The notes below the pieces were generated by a model. The model was not told the DNA's origin, ran no database searches, and saw only the letters and a list, made by a program, of their open reading frames with translations. From an uncultured virus (IMG/VR IMGVR_UViG_2795385501_000005) (Duplodnaviria > Heunggongvirae > Uroviricota > Caudoviricetes): a stretch of DNA of 64,000 bases. The translations under genes and the position numbers were made by a program. The stretch is from the IMG/VR virus record IMGVR_UViG_2795385501_000005, positions 1-64,000 of that record, one strand, 5' to 3'. Positions 50,877 to 60,413 of the stretch are shown here, piece after piece; position 1 is the stretch's first letter; every line of letters starts with the position of its first letter.

Positions 50877-51322
50877 GGTGTATTTCCCCACCGGTTAGCC
50901 CACTCGATTTCCAGCTTGGATGCATCGCTGAATATCACGCCCTGCTCAGTGCCGAACCAGTAGATAGCCTCGATAACCTCCACCATCTCACTCACTCGCA
51001 TCTTGCTAGTACGCTGGCCGAACATCACCACCCCGCCGCCGATTCCAGGAGCCGTACGCTGATCCTGATTTTTGGCCTTAGCCACCATCGCAGTAATCAG
51101 GTCTTTCCAGTCAGCTTCATCGTACTTCTCACCGAACCAGAGAACCTGTTTTGATAGGTCGTGCAAAAGTGGCCACATTTTCCGATTCTGGTCATTGCTG
51201 CGTTTCTTCTCCTGAATGAGAACCTCAATCGGCTTTTTCTCATCAAGCGGCACACTGCGGATCGCTGCTATGGCGTTGTCACGTACCTGGGTATTTCGGA
51301 GTAGATAGGTATGCTTTGTCAT
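50852..51322 (-). CDS. ninB: NinB/Orf recombination protein
   Basis: 'KRSNDQNRKMWPLLHDLSKQV.WFG..Y...DWK'. Confidence 0.9.
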   Translation of the reverse strand: MTKHTYLLRNTQVRDNAIAAIRSVPLDEKKPIEVLIQEKKRSNDQNRKMWPLLHDLSKQVLWFGEKYDEADWKDLITAMVAKAKNQDQRTAPGIGGGVVMFGQRTSKMRVSEMVEVIEAIYWFGTEQGVIFSDASKLEIEWANRWGNTPCDKGKAA

Positions 51323-51720
51323 AGTGGCTTCTCCGGTGCGGCGGCTAGCATATTGGCATAGCGCTCTTGCATACTTTCAAAGCTGCCTGTTAATCCCAAT
51401 AGCGTGAGCATGGCTAAAGTTGCCTCTTTCGGTAATAGTTTCCAACCTTCCGGAATTACCGGAGAGTTCAACTGTGGGGCGAGATAGACAGGGATATCAC
51501 CTGCACCGCCCTCAGGCCAAATATCAGCATCAGAACCGGATCGAAGATAATCCAAATGGTTTTGCTCTAAATAACCAACAGGCTCAGCCCTCTTTGCAGC
51601 TAACGCGATGCGGGCTAGTGCTGCGATTTCCCTGAAATTAATCAGATTAGTGACTCTGTTTGGTCGATAATCGCAAAGGCTTTCTAGTCTCTCAGATGTA
51701 AATCTATCTAATTCTTTCAT
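51319..51720 (-). CDS. Eaa-like hypothetical protein
   Basis: 'AALARIALA...AEPV'; similar to 29105-29581. Confidence 0.65.
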   Translation of the reverse strand: MKELDRFTSERLESLCDYRPNRVTNLINFREIAALARIALAAKRAEPVGYLEQNHLDYLRSGSDADIWPEGGAGDIPVYLAPQLNSPVIPEGWKLLPKEATLAMLTLLGLTGSFESMQERYANMLAAAPEKPL

Positions 51721-51868
51721 GGCTTTACCTCAACGTTAATAAACCCGCCACAGCCACACTTTGGGCAGCATTTTCTTTTGGTGCCAGAAGACTCATCACT
51801 CATGACAACCCTCTCTAGCTTCAAGTGGTGATATCTGCATGCTACGCACATTACGGCTTCCGTTGTTT

Positions 51869-52165
51869 TCATTCACTCTCTCCCTTGATTCGAATGCCAG
51901 CAGTTCGGAGGGCGTTGGCGGTGGCACTCAACCCTTCGTTGTAGGCGGTATCAGTGTCGAAGTTTTCATCTCGCTGGTCTGGAAACTCCACCTCAATGCT
52001 TTCTCGCGACGCTTGCCACGCTGTCCGCATATCTAACACTGACGCTTTAGCTAAGTTGGTTAACTCGCCATCGTCGCCACACTCAAATGCAAGGCGGTAA
52101 GTCGTTGGGATTTTCGATTTAAGCCAAGCTTCAAACTCTTCCCGCGATTTAGTTATGTCCATCAT
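51869..52165 (-). CDS. Hypothetical protein
   Basis: Homologue of 29774-30076. Confidence 0.65.
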   Translation of the reverse strand: MMDITKSREEFEAWLKSKIPTTYRLAFECGDDGELTNLAKASVLDMRTAWQASRESIEVEFPDQRDENFDTDTAYNEGLSATANALRTAGIRIKGESE

Positions 52166-52344
52166 GCAGCCCTCTTCGATTCGTATCTGGCGCAGGTGAT
52201 AGCAGTCCAGGCAATCAGTTGTGCGCGTTTCATGTGAAGCTCCTTCAGCCGGTCAAGCCAGATAAATACCGGGCCGGTGTAGCCGTTGTGAGCAAGGCGA
52301 ATATATTGCTCAATGGTTAATTCATCTTCGCGAGTCAGTTCCAT
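52162..52344 (-). CDS. Hypothetical protein
   Basis: Coupled to the helicase stop codon. Confidence 0.55.
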   Translation of the reverse strand: MELTREDELTIEQYIRLAHNGYTGPVFIWLDRLKELHMKRAQLIAWTAITCARYESKRAA

Positions 52345-53747
52345 TAGAAACCACCTTGTTTTTTAGTTGACCGGCGCTCAGATTCAGCCGCCTTTGCTTT
52401 AGCCTGATCCTGGTTGCAGTCATAGATTGCGCCATGACGTTGCTCGACGAATACCACCCCGCCGCTGCCGTGCCGGTTAAGCCGGAGTAGTAATTCGGTG
52501 TCCTGCTGATTGGCGTTTTCGTCGTAAGCACCTTCGCGGTATATTCCCAGCCAGTAATCACAGTCTTGCTCAATCTGTCCTGTGTCGCGGGAGTCGCTTG
52601 GTTGAGGCCGCTTATTGACGCGCCTTTCTAAATCACGGTTTAGCTGAGTCAGCAGAACGACAACGCAATCAAGTTCTTTGGCGAGGTTCTTTAGCCCCTT
52701 GGTGATCATCCCGTAAGCCAGATCATTACGGTCTGCTTTTTCGGCTGACATCAGTGTGAGGTAGTCAACTAATACCATGCCTACAACACCACGTTCGCGC
52801 TTGATGCGGCGGCACTCAGAAACGATGTGAGACAGTGAAAGTCCCGGCGTATCGTCGATGTACAGATTGCCACTTCTCGCCAGCTCTAACCCTTTCGCAG
52901 ACGCCAACGCAAAACGGTTATCGTCGTACCCATCAAGATAAAAATTACTGCTGGATACTCCTGAGGCTTGGGAAATCATGCCTTCGCCAAGCTGCACATC
53001 AGGCATTTCAAGGCTAAACGCCAGCGCCGGGAGATTCTCATTCAGTGCGCAGTTGATAGCCATGTTTGAATAGAGCGTTGTCTTACCCATTTTGGGGCGG
53101 GCACCAACCACGAACAGTGACCCTTTCACAATTCGCTTAGGTTCCAGCATGGCGTCCAGTGATGCGATCCCGCTGGTTAACCCAACAGCTCGCGGGTCAC
53201 CGGAAAGTCGTTGTTCGACAACATCAACCCAATCTGAGAACACACTCTCGAATGTTCGCAGTCCTCTGCGGTTACCTGTCTTGGCGTGATCTGTGATCTC
53301 GGTAGATAGCGCCTGTATCGCCTCAAGCTTTTGGGTCGCCGTCATACCGTTGTTGGCATAAAGCAACTCGGTCATCGCATTTGTTTTGGCAATGCTGTAA
53401 CGAGTGATCGCCTTATCGCGTACTTCCATCGCGTAATGCACGATATTCGCGGCGCTGGGGGTGTTCTTCGATAGCTCTGCCATGTAAGCAAAACCACCTA
53501 CAGTGCTGCTAATCCCCTTGTTCTCCATCTGGTTGAATAGTGTCAGAAGGTCAATAGGGATCTGCCTGCTAACCAAGTCTTTAATTTCAGAAAAAATAAC
53601 TTGGTGCGGGCGGGTGTAAAACGATTCGGGTTTCAGCATGGACAGGACTTTAGCAACGTTATCACTGCCGTCATCCAGCATCAGGCCGCCAAGAACACTC
53701 TGTTCTGCGTCGAGGTTGTGTGGTGGTGTTTTGTAATCAACGGTCAT
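52344..53747 (-). CDS. dnaB: DnaB-like replicative helicase (P22 gp12 type)
   Basis: 'PPHNLDAEQSVLGGL', 'GARPKMGKT', 'FSLEM', 'VDYL', 'QLNR', 'GQIEQD'. Confidence 0.95.
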   Translation of the reverse strand: MTVDYKTPPHNLDAEQSVLGGLMLDDGSDNVAKVLSMLKPESFYTRPHQVIFSEIKDLVSRQIPIDLLTLFNQMENKGISSTVGGFAYMAELSKNTPSAANIVHYAMEVRDKAITRYSIAKTNAMTELLYANNGMTATQKLEAIQALSTEITDHAKTGNRRGLRTFESVFSDWVDVVEQRLSGDPRAVGLTSGIASLDAMLEPKRIVKGSLFVVGARPKMGKTTLYSNMAINCALNENLPALAFSLEMPDVQLGEGMISQASGVSSSNFYLDGYDDNRFALASAKGLELARSGNLYIDDTPGLSLSHIVSECRRIKRERGVVGMVLVDYLTLMSAEKADRNDLAYGMITKGLKNLAKELDCVVVLLTQLNRDLERRVNKRPQPSDSRDTGQIEQDCDYWLGIYREGAYDENANQQDTELLLRLNRHGSGGVVFVEQRHGAIYDCNQDQAKAKAAESERRSTKKQGGF

Positions 53748-54621
53748 CCTTGGCCCCCTCTCGGACTTGAAGATAAGTTTCATCGTTCAGGAAATACTCC
53801 AACCCTTTTTTCTGCCACGTCTTTCCGGAGCGAGTATCAGGGCGGTCTTCCAGCATCCAGCGGCAATTGGTGGAAATGTAAGTCAGGTAGGCTTTCCAGC
53901 TTTCCAGCGTGAATGGCTGGCTGTCCAGTTGGCGAGTTATCTTGCTGGCTTTCACCCAGAAGGTTTTGATCAGGTTGCGTCGCTTGTCACTGAGTGCTCT
54001 TATGCCTTTGGCTTCTGGCAGAATGTCGTGATAAGCATTGACCACATCTTCACAACTGAATGACGGTTTTTTCTTTTCCGGTTTATCGGCTGAAGAGGGA
54101 CTCTCTATTACGTTAGTAATAGAGTTATTAGTTATTTCATTGTTTGTGGCACTTTGTTGGTAATCTGTTGGCACAACCTCCGCGCCAGCGCTTGGCGTAA
54201 GCGGCTTTGCGTTGGCACTTTGTTGGTAATCTGTTGGCACTAAATTTGGCTGATATTCGTCGTATTTTGTGACGTAAATTAATGAGAATTTCTTGGTGGT
54301 TGACTTGGTGATCATCCCAAGTTTTTCAAACTTACCGATGAGATATTTAATGCGGTTACCGGTAATACCGGTTGCCAGTTCCAGCTTATTTCTGCCAGTC
54401 ATAAACTCTCCACGACGAACCATGACATCACCCAGCTCAGTATTAACTATTGCCGGTGCGTGATTAGCGGTAAGTATGAAATGTATCCACAGGTGAACTG
54501 CCTCAGAATCCGTCCTGTAGAAGGGCAGTTCCATTATTTTTCTATGCATCAAGGCAAACCCCTTACCGGTTGCCTCCGGCCTTGCTGTGTCTGGTTGACG
54601 AAACGCTAAGACGTTACTCAT
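53737..54621 (-). CDS. Phage replication initiator (O-like)
   Basis: 'GFALMHRKI..HLWIH..ANH'; internal iteron-like repeat GGCACTTTGTTGGTAATCTGTTGGCAC twice (~54147-54240). Confidence 0.85.
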   Translation of the reverse strand: MSNVLAFRQPDTARPEATGKGFALMHRKIMELPFYRTDSEAVHLWIHFILTANHAPAIVNTELGDVMVRRGEFMTGRNKLELATGITGNRIKYLIGKFEKLGMITKSTTKKFSLIYVTKYDEYQPNLVPTDYQQSANAKPLTPSAGAEVVPTDYQQSATNNEITNNSITNVIESPSSADKPEKKKPSFSCEDVVNAYHDILPEAKGIRALSDKRRNLIKTFWVKASKITRQLDSQPFTLESWKAYLTYISTNCRWMLEDRPDTRSGKTWQKKGLEYFLNDETYLQVREGAKDDR

Positions 54622-54805
54622 TGGCCTTCCCTCTTCTCGCTTCTATGCCGCGGAATATCTCTGCAAACTTGCGGCCAAAAACGTGGTTGTCATTGCAGAC
54701 CATGAGAAGCTCATCAGGCTTTGCCGCCCGTTGATATTGAGTAGCGTCTGACGTATTGCTATTTGGTTTTTTCTTTCGCATAATTACTCCTGTTGTTTTG
54801 TCCAG

Positions 54806-55102
54806 TTAAAACGACATTGTTATCTGCTCTGCTGAATCCCTGGTGGCCGCCGGGGATTTTTGTTTTGCGAGCAGCAACGCCACTGACTTAGCCAGCCTTG
54901 CCATCTCGTCATCGACCACTCCCCACTCCAAAACAGCCAGAAGCATTGATATCTTCGGAATGAAGCTTTCTTTCCAGCGTGATATCTGTGACTTATCAAC
55001 GCCAACAGCGTCAGCAATATCAGTGACGCCTCGTAATGCAATCTTGTTCAGTAGTTGGCTCTCAATGATTCGAGCCTTGTTGCGTGTGCTTGCACGTTCC
55101 AT
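54806..55102 (-). CDS. cII: CII activator
   Basis: 'IESQLLNKIA..G....A.AVGVDKSQISRWK..IPK.SMLLAVLEWGV', lambda-like. Confidence 0.95.
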   Translation of the reverse strand: MERASTRNKARIIESQLLNKIALRGVTDIADAVGVDKSQISRWKESFIPKISMLLAVLEWGVVDDEMARLAKSVALLLAKQKSPAATRDSAEQITMSF

Positions 55103-55164
55103 GCGTAATACTTCCCTTTCTGATTAAGTGCGTAGTCAGTCCGTGGGATTGACCACTTTGTTGG

Positions 55165-55202
55165 TGCCCTCGAGTCAGGGCGGTTAAGTTGTGTAAAGAG
55201 CG
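55165..55202 (-). promoter_or_regulatory. nutR (boxA plus boxB)
   Basis: CGCTCTTTAC then GCCCTGACTCGAGGGC after cro. Confidence 0.85.
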
Positions 55203-55208
55203 GTGTTT

Positions 55209-55418
55209 CTATGCAGCTTTTGGCGGGAAAATTTCATCTAATGTGTCGTTGCTTCCCAACTCATTAAGCGCCATTACTATTCGACGACATGACTCAAGAT
55301 CAGGAACTCGGATACCTGATTCATAGTTGGCAACTCGTGACTGTTTCCAACCGCAGGTGTTTGCAAGAACTGACTGAGTGACGCCAAGTTTTTTCCGTAC
55401 TGTGGCAATTTGATTCAT
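55209..55418 (-). CDS. cro: Cro-like HTH protein
   Basis: 'RKKLGVTQ..LA..CGW.QSRVANYESG.R.P'. Confidence 0.9.
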   Translation of the reverse strand: MNQIATVRKKLGVTQSVLANTCGWKQSRVANYESGIRVPDLESCRRIVMALNELGSNDTLDEIFPPKAA

Positions 55419-55452
55419 TTGGTTTTCCTTAATGATTCACTCAACCTCAATT

Positions 55453-55513
55453 AAACACGTTTTGTGTTTTAATTTCAACACAAATCGTGAAAGCCAATTA
55501 ACACGGATTGTGG
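55453..55513. promoter_or_regulatory. OR operators of phage B (ACAC-N5-GTG)
   Basis: Three copies here; two more at ~57713-57753 (OL). Confidence 0.75.
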
Positions 55514-55520
55514 TAAATAG

Positions 55521-56180
55521 ATGTGCATGAATACGAATGATGAAATTGCAAAAAGGCTGAAAAGCCTTAGAGAAAATAAAGGCCTTACCCAAGGGGCCTT
55601 GGCAAGCCTGTGCGGATGGAAATCACAGTCAAGAATTGGGAATTATGAATCTGGCGCTAGAAAATTAAGCACTAGCGATGCAGAAACAATCGCTAAGGTT
55701 TTGGGGGTTTCGGCATCTCAAATTCTTTTTGGCGATCAGGAGCCATCAAATTTTTCTTACGTTGGCCCTAATATCAAGGGGGAGAAATATCCACTAATCA
55801 GTTGGGTTAGTGCCGGGGCATGGTGCGAAGCTATTGAACCCTACGCACTAAAAGATATCGATGAGTGGTTTCAGTCAGACGCGAGAATTGAAGGTAATGG
55901 CTTTTGGTTGCGTGTTGAGGGTGACTCGATGACAGCCCCTACTGGGCTTAGCATTCCTGAAGATACACTCGTTCTTTTCGATACTGGAAGAGAAGCAAGA
56001 AACGGCAGTCTAGTTATTGCGAAGCTGGAAACAGCTAACGAAGCTACATTTAAAAAACTGATCATTGACGGCGGAGCTAAATATTTGCGTGGTCTTAACC
56101 CCGCATGGCCTCTTGTGCCGATTAATGGGAATTGCAAAATCATTGGCGTAGCTGTCGAAACCAAAATGCGGTTAGTCTAA
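55521..56180 (+). CDS. cI: CI repressor (HTH plus S24)
   Basis: 'VSAG', 'FWLRVEGDSM', 'EATFKKL'. Confidence 0.95.
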   Translation: MCMNTNDEIAKRLKSLRENKGLTQGALASLCGWKSQSRIGNYESGARKLSTSDAETIAKVLGVSASQILFGDQEPSNFSYVGPNIKGEKYPLISWVSAGAWCEAIEPYALKDIDEWFQSDARIEGNGFWLRVEGDSMTAPTGLSIPEDTLVLFDTGREARNGSLVIAKLETANEATFKKLIIDGGAKYLRGLNPAWPLVPINGNCKIIGVAVETKMRLV

Positions 56181-56201
56181 TACCCTAACCCACTGCTAGC
56201 C

Positions 56202-56306
56202 CTACCAATTTCGGGCACGCCAGCACATAAACAAGACGACCGTTAGGTTAGTAACCGAAGCAATTAATGCGACAGTGGCAAGAATATCGGAACCTGAGAA
56301 AGACAT
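56202..56306 (-). CDS. 34-aa hydrophobic peptide (absent from the ORF track)
   Basis: MSFSGSDILATVALIASVTNLTVVLFMCWRARNW; GGAGA RBS 7 nt upstream. Confidence 0.6.
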   Translation of the reverse strand: MSFSGSDILATVALIASVTNLTVVLFMCWRARNW

Positions 56307-56318
56307 AGGGATATCTCC

Positions 56319-56717
56319 ATGACATACAGTGATGCGGTTGCAACTATTGCAATAATTATATCAGTCGTTGCATTACCTGCAACATACTATTTTGGCTACA
56401 AGGCTGCCGTGAGGAACGATAATCGCAAAGAATGGAATGCTATTGCGGAACCGATTTTAGCCGAATTGGAGTTGATACAAAGCATATGGGAGGGCAATGA
56501 TTCGCTAAGCGTCGACCCGCTGCCTTACCAAAACATAGAAATGCTATCCCGTAGAGTAACTAACAAAAAGAGCAAAGAATTGAAAGCTGTGTGGGATAGA
56601 TATTATCAATGCAGGGACAGGATAAAACGGCCTGAACAGCATGATGATATAAGCGCTATCTATCGTGACGGAATTGAGTCAGTAAAAGCACTCAGAAAAA
56701 TAATGAGGCTTAGGTAA
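56319..56717 (+). CDS. Hypothetical protein with N-terminal TM helix
   Basis: AGGGA RBS; residues ~6-27 hydrophobic. Confidence 0.75.
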   Translation: MTYSDAVATIAIIISVVALPATYYFGYKAAVRNDNRKEWNAIAEPILAELELIQSIWEGNDSLSVDPLPYQNIEMLSRRVTNKKSKELKAVWDRYYQCRDRIKRPEQHDDISAIYRDGIESVKALRKIMRLR

Positions 56718-56767
56718 ACCCACTGCTAGCCCATAGAGATTTAGCAAATATAAATAAAGGTCTGGTT

Positions 56768-57199
56768 ATGGAAAAAATATCATTTATTTACACCCACGAA
56801 ATCAGAGAGGGTGATCCAGCCAGGGTGGTTAGGCAACCAGAACCTTGGATTAAAGTCTCAAATATTCCAGGAAGAATTAATCTTGGAATAATTTTTGGGT
56901 TATTCATAAGATCCTATAAAACATATAAAATTGTTGTAGATGTCCTCCATGAAGACATTAGTATTATGAATGACACCAAAGACAAGTTATCGGCTGAACC
57001 GTTAGTTGCCGCATCCCCTTCAGCTGACGATTATGTGAGCATAGAAAGCATGGCTCTTCTTGGATTGAATGTTAAAAATGAAGGCGCGCATAAGGTGGTT
57101 TGTTCCATATATTCCTCCCCAGACCAAATAGAAAATGAGAAAATATTGCATTCAGCTGAGTGTTATTTTTTTGTATCTAAAACGCAGGGAGCGCGCTGA
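56768..57199 (+). CDS. Hypothetical protein (beta-rich, AT-rich)
   Basis: 143-aa ORF coupled to the next gene. Confidence 0.7.
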   Translation: MEKISFIYTHEIREGDPARVVRQPEPWIKVSNIPGRINLGIIFGLFIRSYKTYKIVVDVLHEDISIMNDTKDKLSAEPLVAASPSADDYVSIESMALLGLNVKNEGAHKVVCSIYSSPDQIENEKILHSAECYFFVSKTQGAR

Positions 57200-57513
57200 T
57201 GGTTGAAGCGGTCAACATCATAACCAGAGCCCCTGTCATTGCAGATGATCAGGATATGGGCGATAATCGTCAACATGGTAGCGGGAATGGAGGAGGTGAT
57301 GACATGCTTGAAAGAGTAAAAGATTTAGAAACCAAAGTCGCCACTCTCGTAACTGACGTGGCCATCATCAAAGATAAACTAGCTTCAAAAGAAGACATCC
57401 AATCAGTGAAAACTGAGTTACATAAAGAACTTAATAATCAAACTTGGAAAATTATTGGATCTCTTGTTGTAGCTGTTTTGATTGCGGTTTTGTCAAAATA
57501 TTATATCAAGTAA
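57199..57513 (+). CDS. Coiled-coil protein with C-terminal TM anchor
   Basis: 'LERVKDLETKV..ASKEDI..QTWKIIGSLVVAVLIAVL'. Confidence 0.7.
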   Translation: MVEAVNIITRAPVIADDQDMGDNRQHGSGNGGGDDMLERVKDLETKVATLVTDVAIIKDKLASKEDIQSVKTELHKELNNQTWKIIGSLVVAVLIAVLSKYYIK

Positions 57514-57802
57514 AATGCTGTCGCTTAGAAACCCGGCCCCGCTGCCGGGTTTTTTGCGCCTGTAATCTGACAATCTCACCACCCTGCCCGCTTTAAACAC
57601 TACTCACCTCACACTTTTCACGCCTGATATCCAGGTGCGAAGGGTCACGTCTGAATTATTTTCAAATTAAATTACATTAAAAATCAATAACATCACACTT
57701 AAGCGCCCCAATTAAACACAATTCGTGTTGACGATCAAAACACAATCTGTGATTATTTATCCCATCAACACGGCAGGACGCCGAAGTGGTACGACAGGAA
57801 GC

Positions 57803-57840
57803 ACGCTCTTTAACAATTAGATTGCCCTGATACGAGGGCA
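57803..57840 (+). promoter_or_regulatory. nutL (boxA plus boxB), followed by an RNase III-type long stem
   Basis: CGCTCTTTAACAA; GCCCTGATACGAGGGC; TTGGCTTTGG..CCAAAGCCAA stem at ~57851-57985. Confidence 0.85.
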
Positions 57841-58000
57841 CCAAAGAGAAGTTGGCTTTGGCGGTGCTGGTAAGACAACGGCCTTGTGAATAAGCAAACC
57901 GGATCGCAATGCGAACGTGATGCCAAATCGATAGCTGTTAGAAGCATCAAGGAAATCCGGTAACTACCGGCACCACCAAAGCCAATCACCGGAGGTAATC

Positions 58001-58234
58001 ATGAATTCGAGAGAGCGACGCACAGCTCGTTACAGAGCTAAATGTGCAGCAGAGGGTCGGTTAGAAAAGAACATCGCTACAGCCCTCACAGGCTGCACAG
58101 CTCGGGTATACAAAGCAACGATTCCTGTACCGGTTCGCAGCGCCGAGCAGCCAAGCGCGGACAATATATGTTTGCCTGAAGTGGCTAAGTTTGCAGCAGG
58201 CTTCCGTAAGAGTGAGAGCGTTACGGCGCGGTAG
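58001..58234 (+). CDS. N: N antitermination protein
   Basis: Arg-rich 'NSRERRTARYR' N-terminus; 'ICLPEVA.FAAGFRK'. Confidence 0.85.
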   Translation: MNSRERRTARYRAKCAAEGRLEKNIATALTGCTARVYKATIPVPVRSAEQPSADNICLPEVAKFAAGFRKSESVTAR

Positions 58235-58239
58235 TGATT

Positions 58240-58737
58240 TTAGTAGCGCTTCATGCTGTGTGGGATATGTACATCAGGGAGCGGTGGTACTTTATTCATG
58301 CGGTATTCATTTTGGCATCGGGGGCACTGATGAACAAAGAAATTATTGGACTTAACTGTTTGAATGCTAGGCTGAAGTATAGATATCTGGTGATCGCCGA
58401 AGCAGTGTGCACAAAGGTCATGAGGCTCAATAACGTCATCGGAAGAAGACTTAGATCTGTACACGACAGATCCACCTTCCGTTTTGTGAAGTTCGTAGTT
58501 CTCGGCCTGCACAATAAACATCTCGATTTTGTTATTTTCTTCGCGAAGCTGTCCTGTGATGTATCGCTCAGCCTGATAAAGGCCAGAGAGTTCCGCATTA
58601 AGCATCTGTAACTCAGTAATTTTTTCTGAAAGATCACCTGCTGCTTTCCTGATAACTAATTCATCACGACTTTCTTTTATTATCTTCAATAAATCAAAAG
58701 CTTGCTTTGCTGCAGTCAAACTAGAAAAAACGTCCAT
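58240..58737 (-). CDS. Hypothetical coiled-coil/Zn-ribbon protein in the sieB position
   Basis: CAHC..CPRC; antisense within the PL operon. Confidence 0.75.
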   Translation of the reverse strand: MDVFSSLTAAKQAFDLLKIIKESRDELVIRKAAGDLSEKITELQMLNAELSGLYQAERYITGQLREENNKIEMFIVQAENYELHKTEGGSVVYRSKSSSDDVIEPHDLCAHCFGDHQISILQPSIQTVKSNNFFVHQCPRCQNEYRMNKVPPLPDVHIPHSMKRY

Positions 58738-58889
58738 TTGAATAATTCTCTAACTGTAGGGGTGATTACAGTTTATTCGATTTCTTGCTGTAGGGGTATA
58801 GCAGAACCACCGCCGCCTGACGTGGTTAAAGATAGTTCAGGCAACTATTTATTGGTCATCGCACCAACCGCAAAGAAGCCCACCACATA

Positions 58890-60413
58890 GTTAAGGGGTA
58901 AGAGAATGACACTTTCTTTCACTGTTCTGGCTGGCAAGCCGGATAACGACGACGGCGCGTATTACGAGAACATTAAGTTCTGTGACAGCGCTGACAGCAT
59001 GGAAGCTGCGCAGAAGATTGTTCAGGACAACAAGCTTTATACCTATCCGATATGTCGGATTGAGGTTACAGGATTCAAGGCTGCATAACGCGGCCTTTTT
59101 TATTGGCTGGTAAATGAGGAATGAATGATGAGTCAATATCGAAACATAAGCATTGAATGGCTTCAGCGAATGCATGCGGATGGATATGTAGCTCTGTGTG
59201 ACGGTGATTTACAGGAAGTATTAGATTTCATCTCGGAACCCCAGTGATCTTACCCCTGCCACTTAACCGGTGGCAGCAATAAGACCACTGAAACAAACAA
59301 CGAGCTGCTTAATGCGGCTTTTTTATTCCAAAAATTCAAGGAAGCAGCATGAGCAAAGAAACAGTTATTACCTTTAAAGGCTTCGACCAAAATCTTCAGT
59401 GCCGTGGCTACCAGTTCGAAATTGGCAAAACGTATACGCATGAGGGCAAGGTCGAGGCATGCGGCTCTGGCTTCCACGCTTGTGAATGCCCATTTGATGT
59501 TTTCGGATATTACCCGCCAACAAATAGCCGGTATGCAGTAACTGAATCATTTGGTGTTATTGACCGCGAAGATGATGGCGATACAAAAATCGCAAGCGCC
59601 AGCATAACCATCACAGAAGAACTAACCCTCCCTCAGTTTATTCAGCGCGGGATTGATTGGATCTGGAGCAAAGTTGATAAGTCGCTTGAACAGCAGATCA
59701 TGACCGGAAACCAGTCAGCGGCAACCAACACTGGCAACTGGTCAGCGGCAACCAACACTGGCTACCAGTCAGCGGCAACCAACACTGGCGACTGGTCAGC
59801 GGCAACCAACACTGGCTACCAGTCAGCGGCAACCAACACTGGCGACCGGTCAGCGGCAACCAACACTGGCAACCAGTCAGCGGCAATCAACACTGGCTAC
59901 TGGTCAGCGGCAACCAACACTGGCTACCGGTCAGCGGCAACCAACACTGGCTACCAGTCAGCGGCAACCAACACTGGCGACCGGTCAGCGGCAACCAACA
60001 CTGGCTACCGGTCAGCGGCAACCAACACTGGCAACTGGTCAGCGGCAACCAACACTGGCTACCAGTCAGCGGCAACCAACACTGGCAACTGGTCAGCGGC
60101 AACCAACACTGGCTACCGGTCAGCGGCAACCAACACTGGCTACCAGTCAGCGGCAACCAACACTGGCAACCGGTCAGCGGCAACCAACACTGGCGACTGG
60201 TCAGCGGCAGAGGTGTCTGGATCGCAATCTGTAGCGGCTTCATTCGGTGATGGTGGAAAGGCTAAAGCGTCAGAAAGCGGCGCAATCGTCCTGTGCTACC
60301 GAAATGGCGAAGGCGAACTAATTCATATCCGTGCCAGTAAAGTAGGCGAGAACGGAATTAAGCCGGATGTTTGGTATTCGCTGAATGAGAATGGCGAGTT
60401 TGTAGAAGCGGAA
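58890..60413. repeat. PL-operon block, copy 2
   Basis: Near-identical to 36427-37950. Confidence 0.95.

Larger units (their letters stand above)
56187..56732 (+). repeat. 16-bp direct repeat AACCCACTGCTAGCCC at 56187-56202 and 56717-56732
   Basis: Exact copies; variant AACCTACTGCTAGC at 33864-33877. Confidence 0.9.

Noticed and set aside
58234..58611. 125-aa + strand ORF after N
   Set aside because: Fully antisense to the better-supported 165-aa Zn-ribbon gene; GTG start with no clear RBS
58754..58842. Type III toxin-antitoxin (ToxIN-like) locus
   Set aside because: Single pseudoknot, not tandem; its favoured orientation is opposite to the cargo gene; cargo shows no recognisable ToxN similarity
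59715..60209. Diversity-generating retroelement TR/VR pair
   Set aside because: No reverse transcriptase in the window; the two copies are identical rather than adenine-mutated, and the variation includes C/T
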